Shown here piece by piece: positions 36,661 through 48,757 of a DNA stretch of 64,000 nucleotides. Position 1 is the stretch's first letter; each line of letters opens with the position of its first letter. The DNA is taken from NCBI GenBank assembly GCA_010909165.1, contig MU008198.1, positions 274,704 through 338,703 on the forward strand. The letters are read 5' to 3'. This DNA comes from Anthoceros angustus (Eukaryota; Plantae; Anthocerotophyta). The position numbers and the translations under genes are program-made. The notes below the pieces were generated by a model. The model worked only from the letters and a program-made list of their open reading frames with translations, did not search any database and had not been told where the DNA came from.

Positions 36661-37412
36661 GCCGCAAGCGATCGTGCCCGCGTTCGGGTTCGACATCGCG
36701 GGACAGAAGGACAACTTCGGCCTGCGGTTCGACGGACGGATCAAGATCTCGAAGGCGGGCAAGTACGAGTTTATGGTCGCGTCCGACGACGGATCGGCCC
36801 TCTGGGTCGACGGCAAAGAGATCGCGAGCGTCGACGGCGTGCATCCGCGAAGCGAGAGGCGGGAAGCGTCGAGTTGAAGGAGGGCCTCCACGCGATCGCG
36901 GTCGAATGCGAACTGGCCGGCGGCGAAGAACTGGAGGTCCGCGTGAAGGGTCCCGGTCTTTCCGAGACGGGTCTCGACGCGATTCTGTACGTCGAAGAAA
37001 ACGAAGCCCGAGCCGAGCGACGAAGCCGGAGTTCAAGCTCGATCCGGCGCTCGCCGCGAAGGCGCCGAGGTCTTCGCGAAGCGGAACTGCGTCGCCTGCC
37101 ATCCGGCGAAGAACGCCGACGGTCAGGATCTGGTTTCCAAGGCCGCCGTCAAGAAGCTCTTCGACCTCAAACCCGAAGGCGGCTGCCTCGCCGAACAGCC
37201 CGCGGCGGGACTGCCCGATTACGACCTGCGGGCGCCGCGCTCCTGACCGCGGCGCTGAAGACGGCGAAGGCTCGCGCGAACGAAAAGCCCCGGGGCGAAG
37301 AGGCCGTGCATCGCAAGTTCGTCGCGCTCAACTGCTATGCCTGCCATCAGCGCGGCGAAGAGGGCGGCGTCGAGACGCGGCTCGAATGGTTCATCAGCGA
37401 TCAGCCGGCCAA
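36661..37412 (+). pseudogene. bacterial-type fragment: PA14 domain plus two c-type heme motifs (Planctomycete-like), frameshifted
   Basis: DNFGLRFDGRIKISKAGKYEFMVASDDGSALWVDG (PA14); NCVACH at 37085-37102 and NCYACH at 37330-37347; abrupt GC/CpG rise directly after the N at 36660. Confidence 0.88.
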
Positions 37413-38539
37413 ACACTCTCCCAATTAGCTCCTAGACTTCGCAAATATAATCAACACCCTCACACAAGGCCCCCACCGATCAACCCTTAGGACCTTAACT
37501 CGAGTTCCACTCATTGTCCAACACACCCAATTGGCTCATGTGCACAAATGAATAAATGAACTTATTCCCTGAACTCCTCTCAACAACATCTCGTATCAAC
37601 CCTCCTTGCTACCATTTCTCCTCGCGCCACCACAACGGCCTCCTTCACTTTGACTTGCAGCCCCACCGCAAATTCCGCGCCATGATGCACACCCCAGGAT
37701 CCTTCACCATGTTGCAGCCCCACCTGCAACATCGCCTTCCTATGGTTTGGCCACACCTCCATCTTGCAGCCCAGCTACAAATTCAGCCTCGTGAGTGCCC
37801 TACCATGGCCTTTCCTAGTTCAACACACGGCCCTATCATGCCATCCTCACATCGTGACTCCATTAAGAGCACTTCCATGTGCCTCGCACCGCCATGGCCT
37901 CCTCTTGCAACCCTTGTGGCTGCTCACTCAACATGAGCTCCTCGCCTCCCATCCTTGCACCGATTGCCGCTCCTCTCTCGCATGCCGAGCTCCCAACCTA
38001 GAGCCCCGCAGCAGATCCCGCACAATTCCACCATTACGCACTTGGCCCATCTTCCGCAGCAACCCTTGCCACACATCTCTACCTAGCCCTCCCATCGCAA
38101 AATCTCAGCAATATGAGCCGCCCATGTCTCACTTCTTCCACACATGTGGCAAATTACTTTGCCTTCCTCAAACTTGGTGGTGGTCCCCAATAATCGTGCC
38201 TTTGCCTGCAAGCCTATCAACAATGCTTGTGCAAAGAACCTCAAGCTACTTCCTTGGCTTAATTGCCTTCACCCTCTACTCCTCATTCTCCAACAAATTG
38301 CCTCAAGATCTTCTCGACAATTCTCTTCCACTTCACTTCAATTCTCTCCCGCTCGCTTTACCGCCTAGTTTTGCTCTAGTTGATCCCTTTGATCCAAAAA
38401 GTAGGAGTGCCTAAACTTTTATGTTCCACATCTCCACTCCCTTGACGCTGTTCCCCGCCTCACGGCTCCCACGGGTAGGCTCTCGTGGATCTATTTCCAC
38501 CGCTTTCTGCAGTGTACGTATAAAGAACAGAAGCTTACC

Positions 38540-39820
38540 GCCAAGAAAAGCTTCTATGTGGCACCTAAAACGCAAGACTAGGAAAGCCAGCAGATTTGAG
38601 CAAGATTTGCAACCTCGATGCAGTTGCTACAAGGCCAAAGTGGTGAGATGCTCAAGAGTGAGCATCTAGGTCATAGAAAACGAGACCCGTAGAACCTCAC
38701 CCTGCACTTTCACATGCCTGGAAAGCACCTCGCAAAATGGCTGCCAGCGAGAGCCAAAACACAACTTGCAGGATACCGCCAAAATCACACGGAGTGCGCC
38801 TCGCATGGACCGAGGGAACAACAAAGTGAAATGCATTCAGGGGCCACAGACATCCGGGTGGCTCAGATTCTCTCTAGTCTTCGCAAGAAAATGCTTCAAG
38901 GAATGGGAAAAGGTTGCTTTAAAAGTTTCCTGCAATTTTTACCCGAGAATGTCTCCAAAGAAGAAGTCCATATTGCCGATATGTACCTAACCTCAAACTG
39001 GTCATTCCGTGAGATGCTGTACCACGGCATTTGGTCATGATGCTCACCAACATAAGGGTCGTATGGCAAGGAGAAGGCGATGGCTGTGAACACGTATCAA
39101 TGCAAAGTGACTACATCACAAAGGCTTTAAGGCATGGGACTGATTGTCCTCGGTGGTTGGTGTATTATCTCGGATTTGCATTACATCTTCCCCTGATTGC
39201 TGTCAAGCATCCGGTCGTTGCTGGTTCCCCGCCTCCCCGCCTCCCGAGCTGGCTCCATTACCACGCCGGGTGGAGCACCATTCTCAAATGGGACCGTCTC
39301 GAGATCCTCAACGCTGTCGTCGTCAGAGCCCTGTCAGTGGAGTGAGGGCTCCCTGACCGTCCCGTCAAGTTAGGACCTTCCTCGCAGGGGACCTCGTTAG
39401 TACTTCCACATCCTAGTGGCTGAGGATGAAGACTGCAGAAAAGTGCTAGAGCCTTTGGGGTGCGCCTGACAAGTTCCCAAGGACTCCTCGTAGATTCCCA
39501 TGAACCCTGTGTGCGTGATCGATGGGTCAGCATCTCGGCCCGCGCCATGCTTGATCTCCGTAGAGCTACCTGGCCTCCCCACCCAATCACCCTCGCTGAG
39601 CATCCTCGACGCCTGGCTGCATCCGCTACTCTTCAACGCATTGGCGCTCTGGCTAACTCCCCGAGAGGCTGGCAAATGCGCCCACATCATCAACCCTAAG
39701 GCCCCAAAGCACTCCACAACGCTTATCCGGCAGCCTCAAATTTCACAAAACACGGAAAACCAAAACCCCGCCCCGCTCGTGTGGCACCAGACAGTGATGT
39801 ACCTTCACACCAACACCGCA
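38540..39820 (-). pseudogene. degenerate partial copy of the 30641-32908 gene region (matching ~31065-33150) with internal deletion
   Basis: Collinear matches (gagcatctagg, aaaatggctgccag, gaatgtctccaaagaagaagtc, cgccatgcttgatctccgt); both introns and upstream sequence retained; many indels. Confidence 0.9.
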
Positions 39821-40708
39821 CTCCATCGTGTATAGCTAAGAAGGAAGCAAGGCTCGACTCTGAAGGTCCGCCTTTCACGAAGCCTTCTCCAGCTCTGGGA
39901 CAAGGTGACGATGGGTAACCACTTAGCAAGAATGTAATTTCTTTGCCCCTCAATTTCCTAGTCTCACCCGCAAGCCTCGTAAGAGAAGCACACACTTAAT
40001 TGCCATACTCGAAGAAGCCTTCACCTTTCACGCCTCGATGATAATATGGTTGCTTAGCATCGCCATGTGCCGTGCGCCACCTTTGAAATTTCTTCACTGT
40101 GTGGAGTGCCAAATCCGATGGCGTCCAGCATTCCAAGTCGCTTGTTTTAGGGTTTGTTGTTGTTTTTTTGGTGTCAAGTACTTTTAATAGGGATAGGAGG
40201 AGGAAGCCATCATGCGGAAGGCTGCATGATTAAAATTTAGAGTGCAATCCTTAAACCCTAGGTCCGTTAGGGGCCCGAACAACAGTCCGACGGGGTCAGG
40301 TCCGTCCGTCGATGGGGATCCGGCGAAGGAAGATATGATCCCACTGGTCCGCCCCACTTTTAGTAAGTCCAGCCAAGACTGACCTCCATGGGTCCGAAAA
40401 ACCCGCCGAGCTGCGCTGACGAGAGGGTCCACTGGAAAAGCAGCCGCTGGACTCGAGTGGAAGTCTCGCTGAATGCTGGTCTCAGTAAGTCCTGGGCCGA
40501 GCGGCGCTACCGACTGAGTAGAAACCAAATGCGCTACCGACGGAGTAAGTCCAGCCGAGCTGCTGCTCGACGGAGTAAGTCCAGCCCGGACAAGGTCACT
40601 CTGAGTAAGTCCAGCTTGCTGCTCGATTTCCGGAAAGTAACTCCTCGGGCCGAGGTTCTTAGTCCCAGATGTATAGTTTGAATGTGATCCGCCGCCATGG
40701 GGAAGCAC

Positions 40709-41216
40709 TGTAGTTAGTTCGCCATGGAATGGATGAGCTACTGCCCACTAAGCCACACGACCACCTGTGGTTAGGGGTACATACATAGCGTGTAGTTAGG
40801 GGTATATACAAGCAGGGGGTTAGACTAGGTGTGGGGAAGCGGTATAAGGAGGTTTTAGGTGCTTCTAGAGACCGGGCGTGCACTCATCCCGGTACTCATC
40901 TTCGCTACTCCGTAGTTTCTTGCCTCTTCCGTGCTCGGGAGAGGAGCTTAGTGAGTTCCCCAAGCACACCGCGCAGGATTAATTGGTGGTGAGGGATGTG
41001 TTTAGAGCCTGTGTGATGAGCTCCCGCCAACACGCTTGATGGGTGCGCACTGGGCCTGACCGACTCAAGAGGTGCTCGTCAGGGTGATTTCTAAAGTAGA
41101 CCAAACTTGGAGGTCGCCTGAATCCAGGCCAGGCTATGGGGTTGCAGGTCGCAGCTTTACCGCAACGGGAAGCAGCCTAAGGGTTAGGAGGCACTTAGGA
41201 TGACTCCCTCGCTACA
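40709..41216 (+). repeat. LTR-like sequence (TGTAG...CTACA)
   Basis: 5-bp inverted ends, purine tract ggggaag upstream, TATATA box near 40803; short gagtaagtccagc repeats upstream at 40361-40625. Confidence 0.45.
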
Positions 41217-41219
41217 ATA

Positions 41220-42370
41220 AGCCACGGACGAGAAGATCCAAGCAAGGTGTCTCGAGGTCGCAGAGGTAGCACTGGCCACGAGGCACTTACATGCGTAAGA
41301 GGTTGGACACTATTCTAAGACAAGTGACCGTGAAGAAGATCTTAAATGCGTGCTCGTGGGCTACGATGCAAAAGGATGTGGAATTTATTCGAGGTGTGAT
41401 GCATGTCGAGAGTTGGGCGCTCACGCTGTCGACACACAATGGCCCCTCACCTATATACTACCGCTAGCACCGTTTGAAAAGCGGGGAATCGATTTTGTGG
41501 GACCGATCAAGCCACCTACCCAGTGGACAAGGAAGCAGTACATTCTGGTGGCCACTTGACTATTGTACGAAGATGGTGGAAGCGGAAGCGACGAGGAAGG
41601 ACGACGCACCTGCAGTGGCAAAGTTTCTATTTGAGAACATCATAACGAGGTACGGGTGTCCGTTGGAATTGGTCAGCGACCAGGGGACACATTTCCTCAA
41701 CTCTGTCGTTGAGTCCCTAACCACCTACTTCAACATCCGACATCGAAAGACGACCCCCTACAACCCCAAGGCGAACGGATTGACAGAGAAGACGAACGGG
41801 TTGTTATGCGCAATCCTCACCAAGGTAATGTAAACATGTATGATTGGGATGCTAAGTTGCATTCAAAGATCGGGCTTACAGGACCGCGGAGAAGGTAACC
41901 ACCAAGAAGACCCCTTATTATCTGACATATGGCATGTCCCCTGTTATGCCTGTGGAATTCGAAGTACCTACCTATAGGATCATAGAGGATGAACGCATGA
42001 CAGTAGAAGATAGTCAAGTAGCTAGGTTAGAGTCTTTCGTAGAAAAAGAGGAGCGTAGAGAAGATGCCTTAGAGGAGACCCAGCGGATTCAGAACTCAGA
42101 AAAGACCGACATGATGGAAAGATGAGGAAGCAGGAGGTTATCGTGGCCGGGGATTTGGTTCTTCTATACGATAGTCGGTACCTGGACTTCCCAGGGAAGC
42201 TTAGCCTGAGATGGATGGGACCTTATGAGGTGGTGGCAGTATACGAGAATGGATCGGTACAACTACGAATGCTGGATGGAGATTTACTGCCTACTAGAGT
42301 GAACGGGTGGAAGGTTAAGAAGTACCTTCAACCCGAGGTACCTGTTGTTTGCGAGGACGCAAACAGGTGA
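41220..42370 (+). mobile_element. Ty3/gypsy (Athila/Tat-like) integrase remnant
   Basis: PFEKRGIDFVGP, DYCTKMVEA, LVSDQGTHF, TPYNPKANGLTEKTN, GKLSLRWMGPY (GPY/F), RVNGWKVKKY; no chromodomain; followed by PPT gaggaggggagta. Confidence 0.92.
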
Positions 42371-42381
42371 GGAGGGGAGTA

Positions 42382-43350
42382 TGTGGAATGCAAAAGTTTG
42401 GGCAACCAGCCCAAAAGAGCCGAGAGGAAGAACGAACTTGATTTTTTTTGGCTAAAACGATTGAAGAGGAGCATGTTGGGAATTTTTTGAGAACCTTGGA
42501 TCCGAGCTGTAGGATAAGGGTAGAAGTAAGGGATATCCCGTGGAAAGAAACGGGTCAAATGACCCCCTGTAGGGCAGACTAAGGCATCGAGGGTAGGGCA
42601 GACTACCATTGTGAGGTCGCCACACTCATGAGGGTCGAAAGAGGAAAGACAAGATCTCGGCCGTGAAAGGAATAGTATAGGGGATATCCACTATATATGC
42701 TCACCACTAGGAATAGGATAAATAGGATTAATGTAGATTAATTTGGAGTTATCTGTAGGACAAGGGAATAGGTAGTTTAGGCATGATTAGGAATTTTAGG
42801 ATGGAAACCCAAATCTAGGGTTGAGGGGCCTCCAGGTGGCAGACATCCAAGGAGGGCAAAGTGCTTATAGCCGCTTCTTCACTTTCGGCGACGACCTCGG
42901 GACGAAGAGGAAGTGAAGAAGGAGAAAAGGGAGATACCATCGCCATCGCTGTCGCCGCCACCTGCGAACGAAAGAAAGAAGGCGCGCGAGTTGAAAGAGG
43001 AGGAGCAAGCCCTGGCTGGAGCGCGAGGACGACGAGGGAAGAGGAAGGCCCGAGCGCAGTGGAGCACTGAGGAGCTTTTTCGAACACTCCGAGCTGCCGA
43101 AGGAAGGTGGGAGGAGCCCGCTGGCATCGCGAAAGCGCGGGAGGAAGTCACGAGGGCAGGAGGCGTGAGATCGGGGCGCCTAAGACAAATGCCGTAGGGA
43201 GATCGAGGAAATTGAGACCAAGAGGAGAAGCACTGCGACTCAATGGCCGGGCCAAGGCGCCTCTTGCCCTTAAAAGGAGAGGTCTAGGAGGATGCTTGGT
43301 AGCAATTCTGGCCGGCTTGCAAGCCAGACTAACGTGTTTCAGGTTCTCGT
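42382..43350 (+). repeat. LTR family A, copy 1 (3' LTR of the preceding gypsy element; right end uncertain)
   Basis: Starts TGTGGAATG directly after the PPT; homologous to 52025-52910. Confidence 0.8.
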
Positions 43351-46300
43351 GGGGTGTCGTGTCAGCGACAAGGGAAAGGAGTGCGCGGCTTTATGGATAA
43401 AGACTGCGCTACATCTTCGAGATAAACCGCCGTGCATGGTTCCATGTTCCAGAAACTTGCGAATCCTCAAGCTCGCAAAGAAATCATCTTGTGGGCATGG
43501 CTGACCACGCCCAAGTCTCTTCCTTCCATTCATGTCCACGCCGCTTTCCTACCGGATCGCCTATTGGCGGGGCCTTGATAGGGGTCCTCCTCTCGCTTAC
43601 AATCCACTTCCTCCATGTTTCTCGACTCTGGCTTCACGCCCTCCGCCTTGCGCCTTGGCTGCCCGTGCTTCCTGCAAACTCTTCCACCTCCTCCTGCGGC
43701 GTCGATCCTCACCTCGCGCCAGTCTGCACCGGGTCCCTCCCTGGGTGTCCTTCTTCACTACCGCTGCATCTCCTCGGTGCACCACCTCACTTACTCTAGA
43801 TCCATGTTCGTGGATGCCTCTCCTTGTAGCTCGATCATGCGAGTACTCCTTGAGATGTGGTCTCTCCACCATCTTCCTTCTCGTGATGTCATCCTGTGGC
43901 CATCCTCGCTCTTTAGGCCCTAGCTGACTTCTCGCCGCCTACCAGGGCGTACAAGTATTTCCCTTCCTTCACCTCCGCAGCCTCCTCCTCGCAAGCCCCT
44001 CATCACTTTTTGCCATTCTATGGCTCCGCCAGCCCCTCGACCGGCCACCTGGGTCGCTGCTTCGGGGCGCCTGCAGCTCCCTCTGCCGGCATTCCACCAC
44101 CTCTCCTTGCTTCTAAATTGCCCGGGACCGCCACGCTTCCTCGCCCATCTCCTCAACATTCGTTGTGGCAAATCCAATTCTTCGCTGTGAACCAACCATC
44201 GCGGCCTCAAGTCGCTCCCCTGGTTTTCGTAGACAAGAATGAAGTTCGTGATTCGTGATGTTGCTTCCTAGCCCGGATTCCACATCAAAATCAAACTTGC
44301 AGCGTTAATACCCACCGGCTATTGATCCCCGATAAACCGCTTGTTCACACAAGGTACTTCAACGCGAAATGATCCACATGAAATGTCATCTTGCAAGCCG
44401 CCAGTCAACAATGTCTAAACTTCACGGAGTAGATGATCCCCCGTCGTGAGGTTGCCAAGATCGTCCCCAGACATGGACATGGCAGCAAACCCACCGGACA
44501 ACCGGAGTTCCTGTCTCCCACCTAAGGGACATGGTCCCACCGGATAGTTTGGGATCGTCCAGCCCATGGACGTGAGGCCCCACACCGACGATGGCCCCAG
44601 CCTATGGACAGGCAGCCCCATACCGCCGGGACCATCGCAGCCCACTGCACCCCAACGCCAAGACACAAGAACTAAGGTACGATGCAAAGAATGTGAACTC
44701 GATGTATGCTTGCTTTATATACTACGCTTGTTAGGGCATTTTCATTAACCAAGGACATGAAAACATATCCTTTATTTTGATTGGCCCATAGTCCAAGGAT
44801 TCATTTCCTTTAAATACTAGTTATAGGAAATAGATCCGTTATGAACGGATAACTAGGTAGGCTAGAAAAGCCACTTAGTTTAGGTGTGAAACCAAACGGA
44901 CCCAAACCCAAACAAGGCACCGATCAACGTGGAGGAGCACCACTAAGCGTGAGGGTTTTTCGCATCATGGCGCAAACATCACCGAATCGAGCGGAGCGTG
45001 AGATGATGGCGAGGGAATGAGGACCGTAAGGAATGAGGGTAGTCTTCGAAATCGTTGAGCGCGCCGTTAGGGGAGGAAAGCACTTTGTGAACCCTTGCAA
45101 CTGGAAATCCAAGATCGATCGATCTGGTGTTTTTGCTCAGCGCGTGCTCACAAGGCGCCAAGGCTCGATTTACAGTGCTCCAGCCAGCGCAAATTGGGCT
45201 GGCCAAGAAATCTTCAAGAAATCTCGTGATTCCCGCCATTGCGCAATGGGATCCCTTTATTTCAAGACTCAATCTTCAAGGGCGACACTCCAAGGCGGAG
45301 TGGCGACATTTGAGGCGCCTCCTCTAGCTGGGCGACGCCATTTTGAGCCTGGAGCAGCTGGGCGATTACACCTTCAGTGGCCCAATCCGTGCTCAACTCC
45401 GTATGCTGCATTCAGCTGGGATTTCGAGGTCTTGAGGGCATTCCTTCACCTTTGCTGGCTCAGTGATGGCGTTAGAGAGGAGAGGCCAGATCCAGGCCCG
45501 ATCCATGGGCTTTCCCAAATACACTGGAATTCAAGATCTAGCGAGCGCTCATCCCTTTTCGATCTTTGCAGCAGAGCTTGTGGGAGAGGAGGACAGACTT
45601 GCCACCAAGATCTCCATTTCAGGCGGGCTACAGCATGGTTGGTGATACTTTGGTTTGATTCCAAGATCGAGCAAAGGATTGCGACTTTGCCAACATTTCT
45701 GATTTTGGGGATTTTGGGATTTGCTGAGCGCCCCTTTCACTTTTGCTGGTTTCATACAGTAACAGCGTGCTGGAGAGGAGAACAGATCTCACCATCGAGG
45801 TGTCTGGCTTAGGTTGGTCAGAAAGTGGGAGGGGAGGATCACGTTTAAAAGGACTGACGTTTGTCAAGTGCTACATCGATGACATCCTGGTGTTCAGCGA
45901 TAGTTTGGAAGAACACCTTGAGCACTTGGAGATGTTGCTACAACGGTTGGCCAAATCCGGGCTGAAAGCCCATCCAAGAAAATGCAAATTTGCTTACCGG
46001 GAGATCGACTACTTGGGGCACAAGATTGTACCAGGAGGAGTGTTGCCACAATTGGCCAAGGTGCAGGCAGTGAATCTCATGCCTAGACCCAAGGATGTGG
46101 CCGCCCTGAGGGCATTCCTGGGGCTAGTGAACTATTATCGCCGGTTCATAAGAAACATGAGCGGCACCTGCAAGCCGTTGTATGAGTTGCTTAAAAAAGA
46201 TGTCCATTGGCACTGGGGGCAGGAGCAGGAGCAAGCATGGCAGGAGCTAAAAGAACAGCTGGCAGAAAGGCCAATGCTTAGAAGGCCCAACTCAAAGGCC

Positions 46301-48005
46301 CTTCGCTTTGTATACGGACCGGAGTGAGAGTATAGGGGCCGTGACAGCGGATGAGGAAGGAAGAGAGAGGGTCGTGGCATATGCAAGTAGATCAACAACA
46401 CCGCAGAGGCCAACTACTCGCCTTATGAAGGAGAATGCCTCACGCTGCGGCGGTCCCGCACTTTAGAGTGTATCCTTTGGTTTCACCGGTCACGTACCAT
46501 CAACCTCGCACAAGCTAATGACTAACATGAAGCCGAAGCGGAAGTCGCCAGTGGGCCTTGTTGTTGTCGATGATATGCGACAGCATCGGGCAGAAAAGTG
46601 CATCTCAATGCGATGGGCTCGCAGAACCCGTGTGTGGGCGGCGACACCATCGCCGATAAGACTGGAATAGTACAACCTCCGCCAAGATGTGCTCGCCATG
46701 ATGGCCATAGAAGCAGTAAACTAACAAAGAACCACTCCAAGGGGACTCGAGACATATGGAAGCTCGAACACCATTCACCGCCGAGACGGATATGTGCCTG
46801 ACGGAATGAAGTATCTCCAAAAGTCAGAATAAGAATTGCTCGCTATGCGCATAAGGATGGTAAGGTGCTCATAGTCGATCGAGGGATCAACAAAGAGGTG
46901 CCACCCGTGGAAGAAAGGAAACCATTGGTAACCAAGGTGCACAAGATGTCGACACTTTGGTGTAACGATCATACGCCGAAAACCGCATACTTTTGGTCTG
47001 GCATGTATGCTGATGTGGAGCAGGTGGTATCGCGATGCGCTGCCTGTGATGCGGTGAAAGCAAGGTTCAACAGCCAGGACGTGGTGTTGCACTCGCTGCC
47101 CATCAGGGGATTGTTTTTCAGGTGGTCTGTCGATTTGATGCCCGAACTACCCACGACTAGGCAAGGTAACAAGCATTGCATGTTGATGATAGAGCACTTC
47201 TCGAAATGGGTGGAATTGGCCTTTCTGCCGATTAGAAGCTCCAAGTATACTGCAAGGGCATTTCTGCAGTGTGCTTAGCCGATATGGGAGCTGTGCGGAA
47301 GTATTGACGGACCAAGGCAACGAGTTTCGAGGTGAATTTCAAACACTGTTGGATCGAAGTCTGATAGATCATCGTCGCACCTCCCGAGACCACCCTCAAG
47401 CTGACGGGTTGGCCGAGCGGTTGGTGCAAACTTTCAAGGACTCTCTCGCAAGTATTGCACCGAGATCGAACCCGAGTGTTGGGATGAATGCCATACGTGG
47501 CATTGGGGTACTGTGGATCGCCAGACAGCAAATAGGCAACTTCATCCATTACATCATGTTCGGACGGAATGCCGTAATGCCAAACATTGTGGTGGACACT
47601 TATTCTCGACCGGTGGATTGGGCATGGTCCGAGCAAAGGTCTCACGGAGTTGCAAGAGCGAGCGAAGCTTTTTCAGCGGGTGATGCCAATGGCTATGGAC
47701 AACTTGGCAATCGCACAACACCGAGACCAACTCCGATACGCCTTTACGCGAGGGGGATCATGGAAGCCCAAAGCAAGAAAATTCAAGAAGGGGACTTTGT
47801 GTATTTACAACACCGACCGTCGAGTACGTTGGATATAAGCACCGGACGATTAATCTTACGAGTGGTGAGTGGTGAACAAGGGGTGATTGAGTCGAAGGCC
47901 GTGACGGGCGACGGCAAGGAGCACATGCGCCACTTAGCACCATGTCATTTGCCCAACCTAGACACTGTGACTCAACCACAGCCCGGCAGCCTCGCTTGAT
48001 TTATC

Positions 48006-48126
48006 TGCGAATCGTGTGGTCACATCATGGATCCGTATGATGTTGCTTTGTGACAAATGTAACCGAGGGTACCATGCTGCTTGCGGCCCCGCTGATACCG
48101 ATGGCGCGTGGTACTGTCATCGGTGT
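48006..48126 (+). other. PHD zinc finger at the end of gypsy pol (one frameshift)
   Basis: CESC...MLLCDKCNRGYHAAC...DGAWYCHRC = C4HC3 with the conserved W. Confidence 0.88.
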
Positions 48127-48757
48127 GATGTTCAGCAGTCAGAAGAAATGGCTGGGGGGCCGGGAATGGCCTGCCAAAAACACGGCCTCCGCAAGCTGAC
48201 ACGTGCGCCGTTAGGGCAAATCGGTGCATGAAAAACCCATGTGTGTTACACACAGCACCGACACGCCACGATAGCGGGCGCGGGGTTTGGAGCGAAGGAG
48301 TGGCGGTGTGACGCCACGAGGAAGTAACAGTGGTCTCATTAACCACCAGCCTCGTGCGTGTATCGAGGCGCGGGCGGGCACGACGGGTGAAGGAGAGGTG
48401 CGCCGTGGCACGAAGGTGCTCGCTTAGCGAGGCCCGCACGGGCATACATCTTTGCTGACGCGGAGGAGACCATAGAGGCGCCTCGACCATGTGTGCTTGT
48501 GCACTTGAAAACCGATTGGTGGTGATCACGGCCTTAAGGAAAGGGGCACTGAGGAGGTGATGTAGGTTGTACAGCACCAATTGGCTGAGAAATCGGAGTC
48601 GTGTGGGCATTCACGACGGACGCCACCACGCTACGCAAGTCGGAGGTGGGGCGTAGTTGGATTGCTCTAGTTTGACGGTGAAGCATTGGGCCAAACACAA
48701 TTGCAAGTGTGTAGGGCGGCGGTTGTCGTGGGTTGACATGGATTTGGAGGTCAATAC

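Noticed and set aside
36492-37490. 332-aa and 291-aa ORFs spanning the N
   Set aside because: They cross an assembly gap character and read mostly off-frame through the bacterial fragment
45033-48757. Retrotransposon-borne cytosine methyltransferase, as reported for some charophyte gypsy elements
   Set aside because: No FxGxG, PC or ENV motifs found by eye upstream of RT, between RNase H and integrase, or after the PHD; ORF 45033-45812 shows no recognisable domain
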